NCBI GenBank assembly: GCA_964649695.1 | Contig: CAZYQO010000004.1 | Coordinates: 89,394-153,393 of the forward strand | Length of the DNA: 64,000 nt | Origin: an uncultured Candidatus Peribacteria bacterium | GTDB lineage: Bacteria; Patescibacteriota; Gracilibacteria; Peribacterales; Peribacteraceae | Direction of reading: 5' to 3' | Part shown: positions 9,129 through 15,850 of the stretch, in pieces | Layout of the letters: every line of letters starts with the position of its first letter | Position numbering within the stretch: position 1 is the first letter of the stretch | Made by a program: the position numbers and the translations under genes | The notes under the pieces: model-generated | Told to the model about the DNA's origin: nothing | Seen by the model: only the letters and a program-made list of their open reading frames with translations | Database searches by the model: none

Positions 9129-10091
9129 ATGAAGCTCAAAACCCTGTTCAAGCACGCCGTCGACATCGGCATCGAGGCCGACATCCGCGGCCGCAAGTAC
9201 TTAGAGAAGCAGCTGAAGAAGGAAGCCGACCGCCAGAAAAAGCTTGAGGGCAAGGAAAAGCAGTACGCCGATGAGGAGCGCACGTGGAACCCCTACGCCG
9301 ACTCCCGCATCATCAACGGCACCGGCGAGGAAGAGGTGAAGACGGTCTTCGTGGGCATCGATATCGAGACCCCGGAGGTGCTGTTGGCCGACCGTCTGCG
9401 CGAAAAAGGCCACAAGATCGACGCCCTGATGATCCACCACCCCGAAGGCCGCGCCTTGGCAGACCTGGATAAGGTGATGACCCTCAACTGTGATGTTGCG
9501 GCCGCCGCAGGCGTGCCGATCAACCAGTCGGAGTACCTCTATCGCCCCCGCATGGAGAAGATCTGGCGCGCCATCCACGCCGATAACCTCCTGCGCGTGC
9601 AGCAAGCCGCCGCGCACCTCGACTTCCCTGCGTTCTGCACCCACACCATCACCGACAACCTCGTCTGGGGTCTGATGGAGAAGATGATCTGCAAGAAGCA
9701 GTGGGACGATCTCGGCGAGATCATCAACGCCATCCGCGACATCCCCGAATACGACTTCTACGCCAAGAAGGGAAACCCGCCGATCATCGTGAACGGCAGC
9801 AGCAGCTCCCGCCCGGGCAAGATCGCCGCAACCGGCTTTACGGGCGGCACCAACGGCCCCGAAGAGATGTTTGAGCAGCAGGCTGCGGCAGGCGTAGGCA
9901 CCATCCTGTGCATGCACTTCACGGAGAAGGAAGTGGAAGTGGGTCGCAAGCACAACCTCAACCTCATCCAGTGCAGTCACATGGCCAGCGACGTGATCGG
10001 CATGAATATCCTCATCGACGGCCTGCAGAAACTGGAGAAGAAATTTGATGTGGTCGGCGCCTCGGGCTTCCACCGCGTGAAGCGCTCATGA
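9129..10091 (+). CDS. NIF3 (NGG1p-interacting factor 3)/DUF34-like metal-binding protein
   Basis: VGIDIE...IDALMIHHPEG, CTHTITDN and CSHMASD resemble the NIF3 His/Asp metal motifs. Confidence 0.55.
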   Translation: MKLKTLFKHAVDIGIEADIRGRKYLEKQLKKEADRQKKLEGKEKQYADEERTWNPYADSRIINGTGEEEVKTVFVGIDIETPEVLLADRLREKGHKIDALMIHHPEGRALADLDKVMTLNCDVAAAAGVPINQSEYLYRPRMEKIWRAIHADNLLRVQQAAAHLDFPAFCTHTITDNLVWGLMEKMICKKQWDDLGEIINAIRDIPEYDFYAKKGNPPIIVNGSSSSRPGKIAATGFTGGTNGPEEMFEQQAAAGVGTILCMHFTEKEVEVGRKHNLNLIQCSHMASDVIGMNILIDGLQKLEKKFDVVGASGFHRVKRS

Positions 10092-10963
10092 GCATCCGTC
10101 AGTTGCTCGCCGGCGCCTTGGAATTTCAGGGTAAACACCCCGTGCTGCGCCGCATCACGGTGCTGCTGCTGATCCTCCCGGCTTTGCTGCAGCGCTTGCT
10201 CCAGCGGTATCTCGCCATCGAAAGCCCGTTGCTGCAGAGCGACGTGCCCACATGGCAGCAGCCGCTGTTCTTGGGATCGATCCTCATCCTCCTGCTCACC
10301 AGCATCCTGCAGCTGTGGGGAACGGGCAGCGTGCTCGTGACGGCCAAAAGGCTGCTCGGTCACCCCGCCGGCCGCACGCGCACCGCCGTAATCGGCCTGA
10401 TGCGCGATGCCGCACAATATGTGCCTCGCCTGTTTTTCACGGGACTGCTGCGTCTGTGCACCATCGGCATCCTGTTGCTCCCCTCTCTCCTCGCATCGTT
10501 CTTCCTGGTATGGAACGAGGCTCCGTGGGGCATCACCACGCTCGTCGCAGGCCTCCTGCTCCTCCCGGCCACCTTCTACGGCCTGCACACCGTGTTCTAT
10601 GCCGTGGTGATCGTGGGTGAGGACGACAGTTTCCGTTCCGCCCTCCGCCGTTCCGCAGCCGCGCTCAAGGGACATCGTCTACTCCTGTGCACTCGCCTGC
10701 TCCTCCTCTTTGTCTGCACGCTTGGACCCGCCATTTTGTGGGACCAGGTTGCCGGCAACTGGATCGCCCCCGACGAGTTCTCCTCGCGTGCCCTCCTTAC
10801 GGACGGCATCGGCAGCGTCCTCGACGGCGTCGGCTCCCTCTTCTCCGCCATCACCCTCACGCTGCTGTACGGCTCACTGCGCACCCACACGGTCGAGCGC
10901 GCCGGTGTCCCGGCAGTGAAGAGAAAAGCCAAGACAACAAAGAAAGCCGCCCCTAAGAAATAG
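10088..10963 (+). CDS. hypothetical polytopic membrane protein with Lys-rich C-terminal tail
   Basis: Several hydrophobic segments. ATGA overlap with the upstream stop. Tail is KRKAKTTKKAAPKK. Confidence 0.5.
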   Translation: MSIRQLLAGALEFQGKHPVLRRITVLLLILPALLQRLLQRYLAIESPLLQSDVPTWQQPLFLGSILILLLTSILQLWGTGSVLVTAKRLLGHPAGRTRTAVIGLMRDAAQYVPRLFFTGLLRLCTIGILLLPSLLASFFLVWNEAPWGITTLVAGLLLLPATFYGLHTVFYAVVIVGEDDSFRSALRRSAAALKGHRLLLCTRLLLLFVCTLGPAILWDQVAGNWIAPDEFSSRALLTDGIGSVLDGVGSLFSAITLTLLYGSLRTHTVERAGVPAVKRKAKTTKKAAPKK

Positions 10964-11023
10964 GAAGGCTATCGGAAACCCCATAGGAAATAACGTAGGC
11001 GCTTCTGTTGATCGTGAAGCGGC

Positions 11024-11368
11024 TTACAGACCGATCTTCTTGCAGATCGCGTCGAAGGTCTTGGGCTCGTGGATGGCGAGCTCGGACAGCACCTGACGAT
11101 CCATCGTCACGTTGTGCTCCTTCATCTTGGCGATCAGGATCGAGTACTTGCTGCCGCGGGCGCGGAGAGCGGCGTTGAGACGGACGATCCACAGACGACG
11201 GAACGTGCGCTTCTTCTTCTTGCGGTCACGGTAGGCGTGTTGACCCGCTTTGGTGATCGCCTCCTTGGCCTTGCGGATGGTCGTGCTTTTGACACCCTGA
11301 TAGCCCTTGGACAGGCGGCGCACCTTGCGGTGTCTGCGATGCCGATGGATACCACGTTTGACGCGCAT
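11024..11368 (-). CDS. rplT: 50S ribosomal protein L20
   Basis: MRVKRGIHRHRRHRKVRRLSKGYQG...RDRKKKKRTFRRLWIVRLNAA is a canonical bL20 sequence. Confidence 0.95.
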   Translation of the reverse strand: MRVKRGIHRHRRHRKVRRLSKGYQGVKSTTIRKAKEAITKAGQHAYRDRKKKKRTFRRLWIVRLNAALRARGSKYSILIAKMKEHNVTMDRQVLSELAIHEPKTFDAICKKIGL

Positions 11369-11378
11369 GGGAGGAGGA

Positions 11379-11573
11379 TTACAGGTTGGGGACGAGTTTC
11401 ATGAAGCGCTTTTCATCGGTCTTGTGCACCAGGATCGTGCGATTCTGGCGCTTGGCACGCTTGTTCTTCTGCTGGAGCAGGTGATTACGCGAGTTGCGCT
11501 TGAGAGCCAGCTTACCGCTGCCCGTGCGACGGACTCGTTTCTTCGCGCCGCTGTGACTCTTGAGTTTACCCAT
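11379..11573 (-). CDS. rpmI: 50S ribosomal protein L35
   Basis: MGKLKSHSGAKKRVRRTGSGKL...HLL is a canonical bL35 sequence. Confidence 0.95.
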   Translation of the reverse strand: MGKLKSHSGAKKRVRRTGSGKLALKRNSRNHLLQQKNKRAKRQNRTILVHKTDEKRFMKLVPNL

Positions 11574-11674
11574 GGGAAAATCGGTTGGGACGAGGGAGTG
11601 TAGACAGATTCAGGGGTGAGTGCAAAGGGAATTTTGCCAAAAACAAGGAAGAGCGCTCCCCCGCTTTGGGCGCC

Positions 11675-12223
11675 CTATTTGGTCTTGGGACGGATCACGG
11701 CGATAAATTGGTTGCCCTGGAGCTTCACTTCCTGCTCCACATCGGCAAATTCCCTCATCTGCTCGATCAATGCGCGCAGCTTCTGCGCCGCAAAATCCTT
11801 GTTCGTATTCTCACGGCCGCGCAGACGCACCACGAACTTCACCAGGTCACGGTCGGCGAGGAACTCCTTTGCGCGCTCGGCCAAACGGTCGATATCGTGC
11901 TGCTCGGTGCGGAACCCGAACCGGAGCATCTTCACCTCGGCCTGCTTGCTGTTCACGCGCTGCTTGCGCTCTTTCTTCTGCAACGCATAGAGGAAATGGC
12001 CGATATCGCCGATCTTCACGACCGGCGGGGTGGCCTTGGGCGACACTTCAATGAGATCCTGCTCCTGTGCCTTGGCACGTGCGATGGCCTCGGCGATCGG
12101 CAGCTGCTCGGCGGCGCCGTCATCGGCAACAAGCAAAACCACCGGCACGGTGATCTGTTCGTTGGTACGCGGACGCTTTTCAATCTTCTGTGGACCTCGG
12201 GACGAGGAATGTCGTTGGCGCAA
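11675..12223 (-). CDS. infC: translation initiation factor IF-3 (start uncertain: TTG 12223 or ATT 12184)
   Basis: RTNEQITVPVVLLVADDG...DLIEVSPKATPPVVKIGD...FKVVRLRGRE-like IF-3 N- and C-terminal domains. An in-frame ATT at 12182-12184 matches the usual infC AUU start position. Confidence 0.9.
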   Translation of the reverse strand: MRQRHSSSRGPQKIEKRPRTNEQITVPVVLLVADDGAAEQLPIAEAIARAKAQEQDLIEVSPKATPPVVKIGDIGHFLYALQKKERKQRVNSKQAEVKMLRFGFRTEQHDIDRLAERAKEFLADRDLVKFVVRLRGRENTNKDFAAQKLRALIEQMREFADVEQEVKLQGNQFIAVIRPKTK

Positions 12224-12253
12224 CGGGAAACCGGGGGAAAGGCTCCTTTGAGT

Positions 12254-13165
12254 CTAGAGATGGCCTTCCGCAGGGTCAAGCGGCGTGTCTCCGCGGGTGG
12301 CGGTATCAAATGTCACCGTCAGGATCACGCTGCCGTCTGCCTGACGCTTTTGGGAAAGCCCCTGCAGCAGCAGCAACGGCGGCGGCCAAAGCTGATCGTG
12401 ACTGAGCCGCTCGCCCAGAGGACCGCCCAGCAAACGACGCAACGATTGCACGCGCTCCGCTTGCAGCGCGGCCTGCAACGCGGTGGCAAATGCAGGCGAC
12501 GTGAACGACTTGAGCAACTGATCCTCAATCGCACGCGACTGTTGGGCGTAGGTCAGAAGGTCGGTGTCGAAGAACTGTTCCAGACTGACGATCGAAGCGG
12601 GGTTCTCCTGTTCACTGAGGCTGAGCAGCAATGCAATGTCCTGCGGTGACAGCGCATCGATCACCGTCAGTGCGCCGGCCGTATCGAATGCGGCAAGCGC
12701 GGGAGCAACGGCGGCGTCATCGCGCACATGCAGGGTGAGCGAAACGGGAGTGAAGAGCAGGGTTGCGCCGGATGCCACACGGGTGTCATCGGCATCGCCG
12801 ATGGTCACGGCGGCCGCATCCTTTAACACCCCCTCCTTTTTCAGCGCATCGGCCACGGCCTCCGCAAAGCCGACAATCCGTTCGCGCGAGAGCGACAGCG
12901 GCACCATGAATGCGCGGAGATGTTCCTCGGAAATACCTCCGCTGACCATGCGCTGCGCTTCCGACGCCTCCTCCTGATCTGACAGGACTGCGATGCGGCG
13001 CTGCAGGCCGGCAATCTCTGCGGTCGCAGGCAAAACCGAGCTCTGGAACATCTGCAACTGACGCACCTGCTCGCGGGCGGATGCCGCCGCAGCCACGGTA
13101 CAGCCGAGCGCGGCGCACAGCAGTACGCCCGTCTTCAGCCGGCGGGAAAAGAGCTTAGTGGACAT
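12254..13165 (-). CDS. hypothetical membrane-anchored or secreted protein (PilO-like topology, tentative)
   Basis: From MSTKLFSRRLKTGVLLCAALGCTVAAAASA (signal/anchor), then a coiled region and alpha/beta domains. The ORF-track upstream extension overlaps the neighbouring gene and is rejected. Confidence 0.5.
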   Translation of the reverse strand: MSTKLFSRRLKTGVLLCAALGCTVAAAASAREQVRQLQMFQSSVLPATAEIAGLQRRIAVLSDQEEASEAQRMVSGGISEEHLRAFMVPLSLSRERIVGFAEAVADALKKEGVLKDAAAVTIGDADDTRVASGATLLFTPVSLTLHVRDDAAVAPALAAFDTAGALTVIDALSPQDIALLLSLSEQENPASIVSLEQFFDTDLLTYAQQSRAIEDQLLKSFTSPAFATALQAALQAERVQSLRRLLGGPLGERLSHDQLWPPPLLLLQGLSQKRQADGSVILTVTFDTATRGDTPLDPAEGHL

Positions 13166-13754
13166 GGAGAACCAGGGAGAACGGGGACGAGAACGTGCCA
13201 TCCGGCAACTGTTGTCGTGTGAACGGCGATGCATCGATGCGATCCACTCCCGACAAACCCGACAGCGCATCGGCAAAAGACGCCAACACCGTGAGCGTCC
13301 CGGGGTTCCTGCCGGATACCGTACCCGCAAGGGTAAGGGTGCGGGCGTGACCGTCGATGGTCGCCGTGTCGATCTGCACTGCCGTGCCCTCGGAGGAATG
13401 CCCCTGCGCAAGGCTGCGCGTAGGGGCAATCAGCCCCAGAAGCGCCGCACGGGAAGCGCTCTCTTCGCGGATGAATGCGTGCAGCGTATCGCGATACAAG
13501 ATGTCCTCCCTACGCTTGGCATCCAATGCGGCAAGCATCGACTGGAGTTCCTGCTTCTTTGGGAGGACTTGGTCGGCGGACAGCACATCACCGGGCAACT
13601 GCATCTGCATCGCCTTCGGCAACAGCATCCACTGCGACACCAGGACAAACGCCATCAGACAGCCGGCAAACAGCAGGATGCCGGGCATCACACGGTGCAC
13701 CAGACCCAACGCAGGTTCGGTTCCCGTCGCCGATGGAAGTAGCTGGTCGGACAT
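13155..13754 (-). CDS. PilN-like (fimbrial-assembly-type) single-pass membrane protein, tentative
   Basis: Short N-terminus, TM helix (GILLFAGCLMAFVLV), coiled segment, then a C-terminal pattern VQIDTATIDG..TLTLAGTV...SPFSLVLHV resembling the PilN/PilO ferredoxin-like domain. Confidence 0.4.
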   Translation of the reverse strand: MSDQLLPSATGTEPALGLVHRVMPGILLFAGCLMAFVLVSQWMLLPKAMQMQLPGDVLSADQVLPKKQELQSMLAALDAKRREDILYRDTLHAFIREESASRAALLGLIAPTRSLAQGHSSEGTAVQIDTATIDGHARTLTLAGTVSGRNPGTLTVLASFADALSGLSGVDRIDASPFTRQQLPDGTFSSPFSLVLHVH

Positions 13755-13811
13755 GGTTTTTGGTTTCCTCACAGTATAGCGGAAATTCCGTGGTGATGCC
13801 TCCGGAGAAAA

Positions 13812-13840
13812 TTGACTAAATATGTATTATTTTGTATAAA
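13812..13840 (+). promoter_or_regulatory. sigma70-like promoter TTGACT-17-TATAAA upstream of the small ORF and prfB
   Basis: -35 at 13812-13817, -10 at 13835-13840, within an AT-rich patch. Confidence 0.5.
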
Positions 13841-13876
13841 TACAAAGTCATCTTTTTACAGAAGAAGGAGAACGCG

Positions 13877-13975
13877 ATGACGATGCATCCGCCACCCCGA
13901 AAGCCTCGGGGCAAAGGCAAACGCCGCAAGACGAAACAGTCGTTGCGGCCGACCAAGATCGGAGCCCGCCGATGA
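13877..13975 (+). CDS. possible 32-aa highly basic small ORF upstream of prfB
   Basis: GAAGGAG lies 6 nt upstream of the ATG. Peptide is MTMHPPPRKPRGKGKRRKTKQSLRPTKIGARR. No family recognised. Confidence 0.25.
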   Translation: MTMHPPPRKPRGKGKRRKTKQSLRPTKIGARR

Positions 13976-14047
13976 CTCCGTCGCCCCGATCCCCTGCGTG
14001 CGGGAGGAGGGCTTTTTTGTGATACACTTGTCGCAGTCCTCCTCTCC

Positions 14048-15140
14048 ATGGAAGAACTTCTGCACCATCTTCGGGAACTCAGCAGCGCCATCCACGTGGG
14101 AAAGGACTCTCTTTGAAGCCAGGGATGTCCCGGCAAAAATCGCCGATCTCGAAACAAAGACCACCGCTGCCGATATTTGGAATGATCAAAAGCGCGCCAA
14201 TGAGCTGTTTGCCGAGCTGCGCGGACTGAAGAAGCAATGGGAGCCCGTGGCATCCCTCGCAGCAGATGTGGACGGGCTGATCGAGCTTGTCGGTCAGGCC
14301 GATGCCGCCGATCTGCCCGATCTGCAGAAGGAATATGACCGCGCGATGAAACAGTGGAGCACGCTGGAGACCATGCTCTATCTGGGCGGCGAGTTTGACC
14401 ACTGCAACGCCTATGTGACCATCAGCGGCGGCGCCGGGGGTACCGAGGCGCAGGACTGGGCGGGGTTTTTGGTGCGCATGTACCTGCGCTACTGCGAACG
14501 CCAGGGATGGAAAACCGACATCATCGACAAAACCGACGGGCAGGAAGCGGGTGTGAAATCGGCGACGATCTATGTGGAGGGCGACCCGGCCTACGGCTAC
14601 CTCAAGTGTGAAAAGGGCACGCACCGCCTTGTTCGTCTTTCGCCGTTCAATGCAAAAAACCTGCGCCAAACGAGCTTTTCCCTGGTCGAGGTGCTGCCCG
14701 AAATCAAGGACGCCGGGGAGATCCCCATCGAAGAGAAAGACCTGCGCATCGACACCTACCGCAGCGGCGGAGCGGGCGGCCAACACGTCAACAAGACCGA
14801 GAGCGCCATCCGCATCACCCATATGCCCACGAACATCGTGGTCAGCTGTCAGACCGAGCGCAGTCAGATCCAGAACCGCGAGCGCGCGATGGCGATGCTG
14901 CGTTCGAAGCTCGCGGAGAAGAAACGGCTCGAAGAACTTGAACAGAAGAAAGACCTTCGTGGTGCCACACAGTCTGCAGACTTCGGTCAACAGATCCGCA
15001 GCTACGTGCTGCACCCCTACCAGATGGTCAAAGACCTGCGCACCGACTACGAAACCTCGCAGACCCAGGATGTCCTCGACGGCGACATCCAGGCGTTCAT
15101 CGATGCAGAACTCAAGCGACAGGCCAAGGAAGGCACGTAG
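14048..15140 (+). CDS. prfB: peptide chain release factor 2, requires programmed +1 frameshift at 14111-14116
   Basis: 0-frame MEELLHHLRELSSAIHVGKDSL then TGA; the +1 frame continues EARDVPAKIADLE.... SPF (RLSPF) and GGQ (SGGAGGQHVN) motifs are present. Confidence 0.9.
14111..14116 (+). other. RF2 autoregulatory +1 frameshift site CTT TGA
   Basis: CTT (14111-13) is followed by in-frame TGA (14114-16). A purine-rich AAAGGA lies 6 nt upstream. Confidence 0.85.
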
Positions 15141-15181
15141 CAGTATTGACAATAAGAAGGCTGCGATTACTGTGTAGTGCT

Positions 15182-15640
15182 ATGGAAAATCCAGATGCTA
15201 GCACTGGCTGCGAGCAAGAAACCGCACTAGCGGATTGCGTCGCATCGGCTTGGGAAGTGCTTTTAGAGAGTGGTGAAATGAGTGAATGGACGCACATTGA
15301 GAAGCAGATAGCCCAATTGGCAGAGCCTACCAGAATGAGTATTTCAAAGGCATTGCGTCGTGCCGCACGAAAGCAGGCACCAGGATATCAAGGGAATGCC
15401 GACGAATTGGGACAAATTATTGTTCTACTTGGAGACAAGAAATCTGGTGAGTGCATACGACGAAAAACATATGTGCAACAAATGGGGTTTGAACTCGACG
15501 CAGAAGAGCCCTACGAGGCTCTTGAGATCGCACGCATGTTACATGGAGAGGGCTTACTATCGAAAAAGGATGTCGAAGAACGAATGAAGCGATTTGCCGA
15601 AATGTTAGATGTAAAGTTGCCTGAGGACGCCACTCTTTAA
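15182..15640 (+). CDS. hypothetical acidic protein in a lower-GC islet
   Basis: From MENPDASTGCEQE.... Two hand-counted lines give 40 and 48% GC. Abuts the 3' end of tRNA-Ser. Confidence 0.4.
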   Translation: MENPDASTGCEQETALADCVASAWEVLLESGEMSEWTHIEKQIAQLAEPTRMSISKALRRAARKQAPGYQGNADELGQIIVLLGDKKSGECIRRKTYVQQMGFELDAEEPYEALEIARMLHGEGLLSKKDVEERMKRFAEMLDVKLPEDATL

Positions 15641-15644
15641 AAAC

Positions 15645-15734
15645 TGGCGGAGAGGGAGGGATTCGAACCCTCGAGACCCTTTCGGGTCTACACGATTTCG
15701 AGTCGTGCGCCTTCAACCACTCGGCCACCTCTCC
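15645..15734 (-). tRNA. tRNA-Ser (anticodon CGA), CCA encoded
   Basis: GGAGAGG acceptor stem, long variable arm, anticodon loop CUCGAAA, GGTTCGAATCC T-loop, and ...GCCA 3' end. Confidence 0.9.
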
Positions 15735-15745
15735 GTGGCCGCGAG

Positions 15746-15774
15746 AGTGTACTGAGCAGCTGTCATACTGTCAC
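15746..15774 (-). promoter_or_regulatory. promoter GTGACA-17-TACACT for tRNA-Ser(CGA)
   Basis: -10 ends 11 nt before the mature tRNA 5' end. Same geometry as the tRNA-Ser(GGA) promoter. Confidence 0.45.
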
Positions 15775-15815
15775 CCTTTTGTGGGCAAACCGCTGTTTGG
15801 CTTTCTTTTAAAAAA

Positions 15816-15844
15816 TTGCACAAAATCTCAATTTGCGCTATAAT
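15816..15844 (+). promoter_or_regulatory. sigma70 promoter TTGCAC-17-TATAAT, 6 nt upstream of GTG 15851
   Basis: -35 at 15816-15821, -10 at 15839-15844. Confidence 0.6.
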
Positions 15845-15850
15845 AATAAC

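Noticed and set aside
14002-14011. GGGAGGAGGG as the SD for the prfB ATG at 14048
   Set aside because: It lies 36 nt upstream of the ATG, which is too far for SD function. It is noted instead as a possible pairing partner of the CCUCCUC tract.
13998-15140. Single-frame RF2 ORF starting at GTG 14019 with GGAGG 8 nt upstream
   Set aside because: Its N-terminus (IHLSQSSSPWKNFCTIFGNSAAPSTW) is unlike RF2. The 0-frame from ATG 14048 gives an RF2-like helix ending in the hallmark CTT TGA frameshift site.
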